Below, in pieces: positions 29,626 through 42,135 of a stretch of DNA of 64,000 bases. Both the position numbers and the translations under genes were made by a program. The stretch is from positions 131,936,001 through 132,000,000 of the forward strand of contig OZ024741.1 in the NCBI GenBank assembly GCA_964016885.1. The letters run 5' to 3'. The first letter of the stretch is position 1. Each line of letters begins with the position of its first letter. The notes beneath the pieces were generated by a model. That model had not been told where the DNA came from, searched no databases, and was given only the letters and a program-made list of their open reading frames with translations. Source of the stretch: Eledone cirrhosa. Lineage: Eukaryota.

Positions 29626-30299
29626 TAGGCGCCGATGCCCCGAGCTATTTAACCGGTCCGTCCGTCCAGCGCCCGACGACGCTGTTGGACGGCATGGACC
29701 TGCCTCTCCAGGTGCCGAGCTGCAGGCTCACTGACTTTTCCTGGTTGATCATTGCTCCTGTCACCGCTTCGTATTCTCTTGGTGTAGTGCCAATCTCCTC
29801 GATGTGTTTGGCGTTCGACATATGCTCCGAGTTTTCCACCTTTAATTCACATATACGTACTCAGAGCACGCACCCTAGCTCTGACAACGCAGCCTTCGTG
29901 CTTTGCATTGAAGAATTGGTCAAGGGCCAATTTCGCCGCAAGTACGTCGGTGGCGATGCCTTTGCAAAGCGCCTCGTCTAATTTTCTAACTAATTCTCCC
30001 TCTGCTCTATTTTTCTCTATTGCTAAAGCCTTACTAAACCTAATGGACTCTATTCTAATTGCTCTTTTCAGAGCAAACCACCACTTGTTGTTGACGATGG
30101 CCCCCGTCAACGCCCGCTTAACTAGTTCGCTAATCCGGTCTCTGTAGGTCTTGCGCGCTGGTAAGGACGCGTTTAGCTTCCAGTAGCCGGGTCTTCGTCT
30201 ATGAAGCCTATCTAAGTCAAACACACAGATCACGAATTTGTGGTCCGTGTAGCTGACTATCTTGAATTGTGGACAGCCTATGCTAGACCTATCTATTTC
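29626..30299 (-). mobile_element. Patchwork of non-contiguous Tx1 fragments
   Basis: EN/linker piece (~30298-29862), a piece resembling the ORF2 end (~29861-29822) and an RT piece (~29820-29648) are joined together. Confidence 0.85.
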
Positions 30300-32433
30300 T
30301 TATGTTCGTTGGCGTTTTGATTGGTGCTGGTATTATGTAGTCGTGCTGTGAAATGTCTGTGTTCAATTATGTAAGTCATTATTGCGTGTATTTATTGCCG
30401 TGATTTGTTTTTCTGGGGGTGAGGTGTGGTTCTGCTATTTTCTTGTCGTTGTTGCTGGGTGTGTGTGTTTTGTTGTTGTGTTTGCGATGTTGGTGCTTGT
30501 GGTGGTGGTGTTGAAGGTGTTGTTGTTGTTGGCGGTGGGGTTGTCACCGGCGGGGTTGTCGCCGGTGATGATGGTGGTGGTGAAGGTGGTCATGATGTTG
30601 GTGGTGTTGCTGCTGTAAGTCTCTTTGCAGTAGCCTTTACCCTTTTTCATTTCTTTCTTCCCTTTTCGAAGGCGACGATGCGCTGCTTCTGCGTTTGTGC
30701 CTTCTTACGACCTTTTGCCATCCCTCTCCCACCTCACACTCCATGTCTGATTCTGTGAGGTCAGGGAGGGGTACCAGTTCCACTCTTTCACTTCTTGTTG
30801 TTGGTGATGTTTGCAGTGGAGTCTCTGTTGCAGCTGCATTTGGTATTACTGTTGTTGTTGTTAATACTTCCACTGCTGCTGCTATTCTTGATTTCCGTGG
30901 CGTGGGTATGGGTGCCACGGACCTATCGTTCCTGGTTGCTGCTTGTCCTGTTGCTGGTAGCCGTGGAGCCGGTTTCGGAAGGAGGGGGCTTTTCTCCTTT
31001 CTCAGGGTCTTCTCGTTGCAGAAGGCCCTGAGGTGAGTCTTCGATCCACAGCGAAAGCATTTCGGGCGTTTGCCCTCAACACTTATGGCAGTTGAGTGCC
31101 GTTATCGAAGTCTATCACATCCGGGATAGCTTCGATGCACTCCTGGTTGGTTTGGATTAACATCTCAATGGAGGTGCCGACCGAATCTTCTCTTACTTTT
31201 TTCTGTATTTGCAGTACAGTTGTTTTGACCTCGATTCCGACGAGGACAGACGCGGCCAGCCAAGAAGGTGCCATCCCGGGGGGGTCACTTTGACCCTCAC
31301 AATTTTTTTCCCGCAATAGGAGGGAACCAACACCATTTCCTCGCTCCTTAGGGTCACTAAGGATTGAGCCTTTGCCTCCTGGGGTGTGGCAAAAAGCACG
31401 TCTACGGTGGCATATTTCTTGCCTCGGGTGATATGCGTTATCCGCTGCCACACAGACCCCAAGGCTTTTTGTATTTGAGCCTCTGTGGCTCTTTCAACCC
31501 TACGGGATTTTGTGCTTACTGTACGGTACGTGAGCGTACAGTGCTGTTGGCTTTCGAAAGATTTTTCGGCTGCCTTGCAGATTGCTCGGTGTCCGGTTTT
31601 CGTCACCATCTTCTTCGCTTCCTCTAATTCCTCATTTGTTATGAGGATGGTTTCCAGGTTCTTTGCGATACCTGCAAACGAGATTGGTTTTTCTTTGCTG
31701 CTGTTGTTGTTGTTGTTGTTGTTGTCGTGAGAGCTGCTGTTACTTTTGTTGTTGCTGCAGGTACTACGACTACTGCCGCCGCCGCTGTTGCTGTGGTTGT
31801 TGTTGTTGTTGCTGATGCTGCTGCTGCTGTTGTTGTTGCTGTTGCTGCTAATGCTGTCGTTGTTTATGCTGCTTCTGATGCTCTTGCGGCTGCTACTGTT
31901 GTTTTCCTTGTCACTGTTGCTGCTGCTGCTGTTATTACGGCTGCTACTGCTATTATTCCTGACGTCAGACGAATGAAATGAGTTTTCGTATTTCCCGCAC
32001 ACCTTTTTTGTCGTTGTCGTCGTCGTCGTGGAGAAATGTTGCAAGCTTTGCACGTGATTTTTCTTTACTGGCGTCGCTTGCGAAAGAGAAGGGAGGGAGA
32101 GAGACACATTTAGAGAAGGGAGGGAGAGAGACAATCTTCTCTCTGCTGTAGTGACGATTGAGGAAGAAGAAGACAGAATGAGTGGGAGTGACCTATGAAA
32201 ATTCTTTTTCGTAGCCATGTTTTTTTTTTGTTTAAAATAAATATTGGGCACAAAACCCCAATAGGCGGTTATTTAACCTCGAAGGGCCAAATAACGGGCA
32301 GAAAGACCCCTCTCATGAGGAGGAGAGTGTGTTTGTCTACAATTTGGTTAAAGTTTTAAACAATTTACAATTGTTATAGCGGTCAAAATTTACAATACCT
32401 TACAGAGCCGAGCCTCCGTCAACCATAGCATTC
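30300..32433 (-). mobile_element. Tx1-like copy A2: 5' UTR and frameshifted ORF1
   Basis: Homologous to A1/A3 ORF1. The 5' end abuts (ATT)n at 32434-32487. Confidence 0.92.
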
Positions 32434-32489
<56 letters not shown>

Positions 32490-32749
32490 TTTCTTTATTA
32501 ACCACAAGGGTTTACATAAAGTAGACATTAAGGACAGTGCAAGACAATGCAGGACGGTACAAATGGGCATTTCTGCGTGTAAAAAACAAAAACAGAGGAT
32601 GTAACAAAAAATAACAATGAAAATAACAATGAAAAATTCCCCAATAGGGGGGAGACTTCAGAGGGACATTTGTGGAGAAAGCCCAGTAAAAAGCCACAAT
32701 GACCCTGACCACCAAGGCAAGTGCCCTCTCCCAGTTTTCCACCTTTAAT

Positions 32750-35700
32750 TTACAGATATATACTCAGAGTAGGCCCATTCACTCGGGCCATTCTTGCTTC
32801 TCTCACCCATCTTTCAACAAAATGCTGGGAAGAGAGCACTTCCCTCTCTACTCTGATTTTCCTTTTCAAATGAAATTTGAAAAAGTCAATCAGAGCATCA
32901 CCGAAGAGGTAAGTGCTCGTCTTCAGCCCTTTCAAACGTGTCCACCATACTATCTCTTTCGCCATGGCCACCAGACAGATAAAAACTGCCTGACCTACCC
33001 GGCTAAAGGAGGAGGGCGGGGCAATCCTCACGATGGACTCAGATGATAGCTGGATCCGTCCTAAACGCGACAGCAGGTGTTCGACATAAACCCACAAGTC
33101 AGCAATTTTCGGACACTGGACGAGTGCGTGCAGGACGGTTTCGTCGCCCTGCGCGCATCTCGGACATGCCCGGCTGACGGCACCTCCATGCCTGTAGAGT
33201 TTATCCCGAACTGGCAAGGCTCCTCGGTAGCACTGCCAGGCCAGAGATTTCTGGAAGTTGTCCATAGGCCCCGGCCCGAAAGTTCTTCCGAAGAGATTGG
33301 CTAGTTGATTTTCGTCGACGCCTAGAGTTTCCCCAAGTACGTCGTCGCTCTTACCCTCCACTAATCCTCTATAGAACGCCGAGGTGGAGTTTCCACCGAT
33401 CACATTGCCCGATTGGTCGAGGGCTGTGAGCGCCTGAAGACATTCCAGCCTCCAGGCGCTCCCTCTCGGTCTTCGCTTGACCCAGGACTGCAGCTCCGTC
33501 AAGGAAACGAGCTGGGGAAATACGCGCCTAGCAAACGGCGACCACATCTGATCACCGTCGAGGAAGAGGTGGAGATGTCGTAGCCTGAGCGCGTGCTTGC
33601 GCATCATCAGCCACGGCATGCCCAGCCCTCCACGTAGCGGGTGTTGACAACAGATGGACCGCCTGACCATCGGAGCACGTCCCTTCCACAAAAAGCGAAA
33701 GAGCAAACGCTCCAGCGCAGTCAGGCGAGGCTTAGGACAAGGTACGACGGTCAGGCGGTAGCAGATGACAGACGCGATGTACGCGTTAGCCACCTCCGCT
33801 CGACCTTTCAGGGATAGCTTCCTCTCCGCCCATTTCTGGGTGAGAGAAGCCACCCTGCTCGTCACCTCGTCCCAGTTTTTGTCCGTCTGGAGGTCCGGAC
33901 CGAACCAGACCCCTAGCAATTTAACCGGTCCGTCCGTCCAGCGTCCGGCGACGCTGTTGGACGGCATGGACCTGCCTCTCCAGGTGCCGAGCTGCAGGCC
34001 CACTGACTTTTCCTGGTTGATCATTGCTCCTGTCACCGCTTCGTATTCTCTTAGTGTAGTGCCGATCGCCTCGATGTGTTTGGCGTTCGACACCACTACG
34101 GTGACATCGTCCGGATATGCTGACACGGATCTTCCGCATCCTAGTTCGCGCGGGACGCCCCTCAACGTCTCCAGTTTGTGCAGTAATGGCTCGAGAGTCA
34201 ATACGTACAAGAGGGACGAGAGGGGACATCCTTGGCGGACCGAGCGCATGATGTTGAACGGTTCCGACAGGTGACCGTTCACTCTCACCACAGAGCAGAT
34301 GTCGCTGTGCATGGCAGCGATCCAGCCTCTGAAGACGGGCCCAAAGCCAGCCGCCCTCAGGACTGCCGCTAGGTAACGATGGTCGACCCTATCAAAAGCT
34401 TTCGACTGATCTAAATTGATCAAGGACCAACCCGTGCCAGGTTCCCTAGCTACCCTCTCTACGATGTATCGCATGAGGTGGAGGTTGTCGTGGATGGATC
34501 TGTCGGGAATGGCGCATGTCTGCGCCTCTCCCACCAGACCACCAACGACAAGCGCCAACCTCTTTGCTAGCACCTTGGCCAAAATCTTGAACTCTGTGTT
34601 TAGAAGAGTTATGGGCCTAAAAATATCTATATTATCCCCCTTGTTCGGATCCTTTCTCAGCAGTGCCACCGCTCCTCGGCTCACAGAACTGGGAATTCTC
34701 CCGTTCTGTTGCCAGTTGCAGTAGACGTCCGCCAAGAGGCCTCCGAACAAGTCTGGCATCTGTACGTAAAGTTCATAGGGCAGACCATCCAAACCAGGCG
34801 ATTTACCCCTTGTGCAGCCAGTCATTGCCTCCCTTACTTCAGCGGCTGTTATCGGCTTTTCGCAACACTTCGCCTCAGTGGCCGAGAGCCGCGGCAGTCC
34901 GTCGAGGTAGACACTAAAGTCCATCCCTCTACCCGGCCCCCCGCTGCCCCCGAACAGCTGAGCGAAGTGTCGCTGAAAAGCTTCACACATTTGCCCGGGA
35001 TCGAGTAGCATGCGCCCGTCGTGGTCCACCAAAGACCGGATCGTGGCTTTGTTGCCACGACGCGCCTCCGCCACTCGGGCCCATTGAACGGCTTACGTCC
35101 CCTCGTGTCTGAGAGCACGCACCCTTGCTCTGACAACGCAGCCTTCGTGCTTTGCATTGAAGAATTGGTCAAGAGCCAATTTCGCCGCAAGCACGTCGGT
35201 CGCAATGCCTTTGCTAAGCGCCTCGTCTAATTTTCTAACTAGTTCTCCCTCTGCTCTATTTTTCTCTATTGCTAAAGCCTTACTAAACCTAATTGATTCT
35301 GTAGGCCTTGCGCGCTGGTAAGGACGCGTTTAGCTTCCAGTAGCCGGGTCCTCGTCTATGAAGCCTATCTAAGTCAAGCACACAGATCACGAATTTGTGG
35401 TCCGTGTAGCTGACTATCTTGAATTGTGGACAGCCTATGCTAGACCTATCTATTTCCCTACAAAATACTCTATCTAGATATGATCTGGATGACCCTATGC
35501 GGTTTGTCCAAGTCCACATTGGCACATTCGGGAAATCCAATCGGTACCTGTCAGACAGTTCAAAACGCCTGAGCAGGTTGGTGAGGCTCTTGCACCCTCC
35601 ACCCCTATCCGCTAATCCCACACAGTCCCAGCGTGCATCTAAGATCCCGTTCCAGTCGCCCACTAACACTAAAGAGCGGGACGTTCCAAGAAAGGTCTCC

Positions 35701-36077
35701 AGACGCCGGAAGAAATCAGGCCGCCCTGCTCCTGTCGGGGCATAGACGGCCACTAGCCTGAAAGCTTGCCCGTCTCCGCTGGTCACGTCCAGCACCACCA
35801 GCTTACCCTCTGGGTCCAGGAAGATGGCCCGTATGGCGAGATCCAAACCTCTCCGAAAAAGCACAGCAACTCCTCCACCGGATCCAGGACGGCTGGGAGA
35901 TGCGTACACATCGTAGCCGCCGAAGATCGGTGCGAAGGCCCGTGCTTCGGAGATTCTGGTCTCGCTGATGGCCACTACATCTATGTTTAGTGACCTGAGG
36001 TCGTTGAGCAGGTGACCCTGCTTCCATGACGACCCCAAGCCACGCGCATTTATGCTGCCTATTCTGAGTGAGGTCAT
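32750..36077 (-). pseudogene. Tx1 A3 ORF2 (APE-RT-CCHC), broken by a deletion near 35296; YADD changed to YPDD
   Basis: ORFs 35289-36077 (EN) and 32750-35074 (RT; CPRC...ETVLHALVQC). Confidence 0.93.
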
Positions 36078-36112
36078 GTTTAAAATAGAGTGGAAAAGAT
36101 GGGAAAGACCAC

Positions 36113-38293
36113 TTACCGTACTTTTGGTAGAGGAGGGATGGTTTTTACATCCCTTTTCACTTGATCGTCTGGTGAAGGGACCGTTGAATCGTCCCTTCGG
36201 CTGGTCGTCGGCTCTTCTAAGAGAATGTCTGAGTATACTCTTCGATTGATGGTTCCCCCTAGGTCCCTGAAATCACCAACTGCGTTGGGGAATTTCGTTT
36301 TAATGTTTGTGTATTGTTTCTGTGCTATTTTTAGCAGTCTTATGTTAGTTGGCGTTTTGATTGGTGCTGGTATTATGTAGTCGTGTTGTGAAATGTCTGT
36401 GTGTTCAATTATGTAAGTCATTAGTTTCTTGTTGTGTGTATTTATTGCCGTGCATTTGTTTTTCTGGGGGTGCGGTGTGGTTCTGCTATTTTCTTGTCGT
36501 TGTTGCTGGGTGTGTGTGTTTTGTTGTTGTGTTTGCGATGTTGGTGCTTGTGGTGGTGGTGTTGAAGGTGTTGTTGGCGGTGGGGTTGTCGCCGGTGGTG
36601 ATGGTGGTGCTAGTGTGGGTGGTGATGGTGGTGCTAGTGTGGGTGGTGATGGTGGTGCTAGTGTGGGTGGTGATGGTGTTGGTGTTGTTGCTGCTGTGGG
36701 TCTCTTTGCAGTAGACTTTACCCTTTTCTCATTTCTTTCCTCCCTTTTCAAAGGCGACGATGCGCTGCTTCTGCGTTTGTGCCTTCTTACGACCTTTTGC
36801 CATCCCTCTCCCACCTCACACTCCATGTCTGATTCTGTGAGGTCGGGGAGGGGTACCAGCTCCACTCTTTCACTTGTTGTTGTTGGTGATGTTTGCACTG
36901 GAGTCTCTGTTGCAGCTGCATTTGGTATTGCTGTTGTTGTTGTTAATATTTCCACTGCTGCTGTTTTTGATTTCCGTGGAGTGGGTATGGGTGCCACGGG
37001 CCTATCGTTCCTGGTTGCCGCTTGTCCTGTTGCTGGTAGCCGTGGAGCCGGATTCGGAAGGAGGGGGGTTTTCTCCTTTCTCAGGGTCTTCTCGTTGCAG
37101 AAGGCCCTGAGGTGAGTCTTCGATCCACAGCGAAAGCATTTCGGGCGTTTGCCCTCAACACTTATGGGCAGTTGAGTGCCGTTATCGAAGTCTATCACAT
37201 CCGGGATAGCTTCGATGCACTCCTGGTTGGTTTGGATTAGCATCTCAATGGAGGAGCCGACCCAATCTTCTCTTACTTTTTTCTGTACTTGCAGTACAGT
37301 TGTTTTGTCCTCGATTCCGACGAGGACAGACGCGGCCAGCCAAGAAGGGGTCATTCCGGGGGGTACGTGGGTCAGTTTGACCCTCACAATTTTTTGCCCG
37401 CAGTAGGAGGGCACCAACACCATTTCCTCGCTCCTTAGGGTCACTAGTGATTGGGCCTTTGCCTCCTGGGGTGTGGCAAAAAGTACGTCTACGGTGGCAT
37501 ATTTTTTGCCTCGGGTGATGTGCGTTTTCCGCTGCCACACAGACCCCAAGGCTTTTTGTATTTGGGCCTCTGTGGCTCTTTCCACCCTACGGGATTTTGT
37601 ACTTACTGTACGGTACGTGACCGTACAGTGCTCTTGGGTTTCGAAAAATTTTTCCGCTGCCTTGCAGATTGCTCGGTGTCCGTTCTTTGTCACCATCTTC
37701 TTCGCTTCCTCTAATTCCTCATTTGTTATGAGGATTGTTTCCAAGTTTTTCGCAATACCTGCAAATGAGATTGGTTTTTCTCTGCTGTTGTTGTTGTCGT
37801 CAGAGCTGCTGGTACTTTTGTTGTTGCTGCAGGTACTACGACTACTGCCTCCGCCGCTGTTGCTGTGGTTGTTGTTGGTGTTGCTGCTGTTAATGCTGTT
37901 GTTGTTTATGCTGCTGGTGATACTGTTGCGGCTGCTACTGTTGTTTTCATTGTCACTGTTGCTGTTGTTATTACGGCTGCTACTGCTATTATTCCTGACG
38001 TCAGACGAATGAACTGGGTTTTCGTATTTCCCGCACACCTGTTTCGTAGCTGTCGTCGTCGTCGTGGAGAAACCTTGCACGCTTTGCACGAGACTTTTCT
38101 TTTCTTTCGTCACTTGCGAAAGAGAAGGGAGGGAGAGAGACACATTTAAAGAAGGGAGGGAGAGAGACAATCTTCTCTCTGCTGTAGTGATGATTGAGGA
38201 AGAAGAAGACGGAATGAGTGGGAGTGACGTATGAAATTTCTCTTTCGTAGCCATGTTGTTTTTTTGTTTAAAATGAAATTTTGGGTAGTACAA
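36113..38293 (-). CDS. Tx1 A3 ORF1, ~713-726 aa nucleic-acid-binding protein with CCHC knuckle
   Basis: Uninterrupted ORF; the likely ATG is MATKEKF at ~38254. N/S-rich N-terminus, CX2CX4HX4C, three PPTLAPPS repeats. Confidence 0.9.
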   Translation of the reverse strand: MYYPKFHFKQKNNMATKEKFHTSLPLIPSSSSSIITTAERRLSLSLPSLNVSLSLPSLSQVTKEKKSLVQSVQGFSTTTTTATKQVCGKYENPVHSSDVRNNSSSSRNNNSNSDNENNSSSRNSITSSINNNSINSSNTNNNHSNSGGGSSRSTCSNNKSTSSSDDNNNSREKPISFAGIAKNLETILITNEELEEAKKMVTKNGHRAICKAAEKFFETQEHCTVTYRTVSTKSRRVERATEAQIQKALGSVWQRKTHITRGKKYATVDVLFATPQEAKAQSLVTLRSEEMVLVPSYCGQKIVRVKLTHVPPGMTPSWLAASVLVGIEDKTTVLQVQKKVREDWVGSSIEMLIQTNQECIEAIPDVIDFDNGTQLPISVEGKRPKCFRCGSKTHLRAFCNEKTLRKEKTPLLPNPAPRLPATGQAATRNDRPVAPIPTPRKSKTAAVEILTTTTAIPNAAATETPVQTSPTTTSERVELVPLPDLTESDMECEVGEGWQKVVRRHKRRSSASSPLKREERNEKRVKSTAKRPTAATTPTPSPPTLAPPSPPTLAPPSPPTLAPPSPPATTPPPTTPSTPPPQAPTSQTQQQNTHTQQQRQENSRTTPHPQKNKCTAINTHNKKLMTYIIEHTDISQHDYIIPAPIKTPTNIRLLKIAQKQYTNIKTKFPNAVGDFRDLGGTINRRVYSDILLEEPTTSRRDDSTVPSPDDQVKRDVKTIPPLPKVR

Positions 38294-38459
38294 AACCCCA
38301 ATAACTGGTTATTTAACCCCGAAGGGCCAAATAACGGACAGAAAGACCCCTCTCACGAGGAGGAGGGTGTCTTTATCAACAATTTGGTTCAAGTTTTAAA
38401 CAATTTACAATTGTTTTAACGGTTAAAATTTACTATACCTTACGTCAACCATAGCATTC

Positions 38460-38507
<48 letters not shown>

Positions 38508-38515
<8 letters not shown>

Positions 38516-38880
38516 CATTTGAAAAATTGAGCAAGTATAAGGACCTGGAGATAGAAATTGGAAAAATGTGGAAATTGAGAACTAAAACAATACCAGTGGT
38601 TGTAGGCGCTCTGGGAATGATACCTAAGGGGTCTAATGATTACTTATCGCAAATCCCAGGAAACCCGCGTATAGGAGAAATACAAAAGATAGTACTAATG
38701 GGAACTGCCCATATACTAAGGAAGATTCTATCAATATCAGTACATCACAAGTCTAAACACTAAAGATGCATGTGTGAGTATGTATGTTCTTTCTTGAACA
38801 TGGCGGACCTTGTTGTCTCTTGAGGTCAATGGTTGTGATTGGTGATAACTCGTATGAACATAAAGCAAGATAAATGCAAC

Positions 38881-38881
<1 letters not shown>
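38508..38881 (+). mobile_element. 5'-truncated R4/Dong-like fragment, apparently identical to 24094-24466
   Basis: Same breakpoint and same 78-aa translation, including TAA>TCA read-through (SISVHHKSKH). Confidence 0.93.
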
Positions 38882-38916
<35 letters not shown>

Positions 38917-38918
<2 letters not shown>

Positions 38919-40811
38919 TTTCTTTATTAACCACAAGGGTTTACATAAAGTAGACATTAAGGACAGTACAGGACAATACAGGACGGTACAAATGGGCATT
39001 TCTGCGTGTAAAAACAGAGGATGTAATAAAATAACAAAGAAAAATTCCCCAATAGGGGGGGAGACTTCCGAGGGACATTTGTGGAGAAAGCCCATTAAAA
39101 AGACCACAGTGACCCTGACCACCAGAGCAAGTGCCCTCTCCTAGTTTACCACCTTTAATTTACAGACACATACTCAGAGTAGGCCCATTCACTCGGGCCA
39201 TTCTTGCTTCTCTCACCCATCTTTCAACAAAATGCTGGGAAGAGAGCACTTCCTCTCTACTCTGATTTTCCTTTTCAATTGAAATTTGAAAAAGTCATTC
39301 AGGGCATCACCGAAGTGGTAATGCTCGTCTTCAGCCCTTTCAAATGTGTCCACCATACTATCTCTTTCGCCATGGCCACCAGACAGATAAAAACTGCCTT
39401 CCCTTCCCGGCTAAAGGAAGAGGGCGGGGCAAACCTCACGATGGACTCAGATGATAGCCGGATCCGTGACAGCAGGTGTTCGACATAAACCCCCAAGTCA
39501 GCAATTTTCGGACACTGGACGAGTGCGTGCAGGACGGTTTCGTCGCCCTGCGCGCATCTCGGACATGCCCGGCTGACGGCACCTCCATGCTTGTAGAGTT
39601 TATCCCGAACTGGCAAGGCTCCTCGGTAGCACTGCCAGGCCAGAGATTTCTAGAAGTTGTCCATAGGCCCTGGCCCGAAAGTTCTACCGAAGAGATTGGC
39701 TAGTTGATTTTCGTCGACACCTAGAGTTTCCCCAAGTACGTCGTCGCTCTTCCCCTCCACTAATCCTCTATAGAACGCCGAGGTGGAGTTTCCACCGATC
39801 ACATTGCCCGATTGGTCGAGGGCTGTGAGCGCCTGAAGACATTCCAGTCTCCAGGTGCTCCCTCTCGGTCTTCGCTTGACCCAGGACTGCAGCTCCGTCA
39901 AGGAAACGAGCTGGGGAAAGACGTGTCTAGCAAACGGCGACTACACTTGATCACTGTCGAGGAAGAGGTGGAGATGTCGTAGCCTGAGCGCGTGTCTGAG
40001 CGCATGTCCAGCCCTCCACGTAGCGGGTGTTGACATCAGATGGACCGCCTGACCATCGGAGCGCGTCCCTTCCACAAAAAAAGAAAGAGTAAATGCTCCA
40101 GCGCAGTCAGGCGGGGCTTAGGACAAGGTACGGCGGTCAGACGGTAGCAGATGACAGACGCGATGTACGCGTTAGCCACCTCCGCTCGGCCTTTCAGAGA
40201 TAGCTTCCTCTCCGCCCATTTCTGGGTGAGAGAAGCCACCCTGCTCGTCACCTCGTCCCAGTTTTTGTCCGTCTGGAGGTCCAGACCGAACCAGACCCCT
40301 AGCAATTTAACCGGTCCGTCCGTCCAGCGTCCGACGACGCTGTTGGACGGCATGGACCTGCCTCTCCAGGTGCCGAGCTGCAGGCCCACTGACTTTTCCT
40401 GGTTGATCATTGCTCCTGTCACCGCTTCGTATTCTCTTAGTGTAGTGCCGATCGCTTCGATGTGTTTGGCGTTCGACACCACTACGGTGACATCGTCCGC
40501 ATATGCTGACACGGATCTTCCGCATCCTAGTTCGCGCGGTAATGTGCAGTAATGGCTCGAGTTTGTGCAGTAATGGCTCGAGAGTCAACACGTACAAGAG
40601 GAACGAGAAGGAACATCCTTGGCTGACCGAGCGCATGATGTTGGCGGTTATTTAACCCCGAAGGGCCAAATAACGGGCAGAAAGACCCCTCTCACGAGGA
40701 GGAGGGTGTTTTTGTCTACAAGTTGGCTAAAGTTTAAACAATTTACAATTGTTATAGCGGTCAAAATTTACAATACCTTACAGAGCCGATCCTCCGTCAA
40801 CCATAGCATTC
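38917..40811 (-). mobile_element. Internally deleted Tx1 copy A4: ~170 bp of 5' UTR joined to the 3' 1.7 kb
   Basis: Junction ~40642 (gcatgatgttg|gcggttatttaaccccg). Both ends abut (AAT)n. Confidence 0.9.
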
Positions 40812-40836
40812 AATAATAATAATAATAATAATAAAA

Positions 40837-41709
40837 CGAGCTAACAATCCTGATGTTGACAAAACTTTAACCCATCAGTGGTTGGCATCCGCTGGACTGA
40901 AATCGGAGACTGAAGGCCTGATTATATCAGCACAAGATCAGTGTCTGCCAACAAAAAATTACCAAGCCAACATAATAAAAAATGGATGCAGCCCATTATA
41001 CCGTGTATGTAAAAAACAACCAGAGACCATTGACCATATAATTTCAATGTGCAGCCCTATAGCTCCAACCGAATACCTAAACTGGCATGACAGAGCTGCA
41101 CAATACATACATTGGATAATGTGTAAGCATTTTGACCTGCCCCATCAAAGGAATTGGTGGGAGCATCAACCACCTCCCATACTTGAAAAAGATCACATCT
41201 CAATCTTGTGGAACTTTAGCATCCAAACAGACCGAAAAATAGATGCAAATAGACCTGATATAATATTGAAGGACTTTAAAAAGAGGGTATGCCTGCTAAT
41301 TGATATGTCCGTTCCAATAGACAAGAATGTATCTATAAAAACATTTGAAAAATTGAGCAAGTATAAGGACCTGGAGATAGAAATTGGAAAAATGTGGAAA
41401 TTGAGAACTAAAACAATACCAGTGGTTGTAGGCGCTCTAGGAATGATACCTAAGGGGTCTAATGATGACTTATCGCAAATCCCAGGAAACCCGCGTATAG
41501 GAGAAATACAAAAGATAGTACTAATGGGAACTGCCTATATACTAAGGAAGATTCTGTCAATATAAGTACATCACAAGTCTAAACACCTAAAGATGCATGT
41601 GTGAGTATGTATGTTCTTTCTTGATCATGGCGGACCTTGTTGTCTCTTGAGGTCACTGGTTGTGACTTGGTGATAACTCGTATGAACATAAAGCAAGATA
41701 AATGCAGCT

Positions 41710-41710
<1 letters not shown>
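40837..41710 (+). mobile_element. 5'-truncated R4/Dong-like LINE (knuckle, RLE domain, 3' UTR) with (TAA)n tail
   Basis: ORF 40882-41565 matches the C-terminus of 43587-46004 (RPDII...IDMSVP...K..KY). Confidence 0.94.
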
Positions 41711-41741
<31 letters not shown>

Positions 41742-42077
41742 TCAGTAACGACAACGCCACCGCTGCCACCACCCCATCCATCATTGCTACCACTATCCCA
41801 TCACCGCCGCCACCACTCCTTCATTGCTACCACCACTATTCCCCTGTTAACTTGAGAGAGAAAGGGGAGGGTGGCGGTATCACTAGACAAGGGAGAGGCT
41901 AGCAAAAGATATAAATAGATTGACTTAGTGACCAGGCCACCGGCCAAACGTCAACATCAACAACTATGGGACTGCTGGCTCACCCCTTCCTCACCAACAA
42001 TATAAAAAGCCCCGGCACCACCACCGACATAGCCAAGAACAATAACAGGCAACTTCAGCAAAAAGTATATTATATTA

Positions 42078-42135
42078 TTGTAATGCACTGGGTGATTGCT
42101 GGCCTTGTGCCTGGAGTGGAGACAATTATTAATAA
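42078..42135 (+). mobile_element. SINE 3' tail remnant
   Basis: gtaatgcactgggtgattgctggccttgtgcctggagtggagacaattatt. Confidence 0.75.

Larger units (their letters stand above)
32488..38459 (-). mobile_element. Tx1-like LINE copy A3, both termini present, best preserved
   Basis: Flanked by (AAT)n at 32434-32487 and 38460-38507. ORF1 is intact. Confidence 0.95.

Noticed and set aside
18461-40552. Recurrent plus-strand ORFs (e.g. MTDAMYA..., 169 aa)
   Set aside because: They are antisense shadows of Tx1 ORFs and recur only because the element is repeated.
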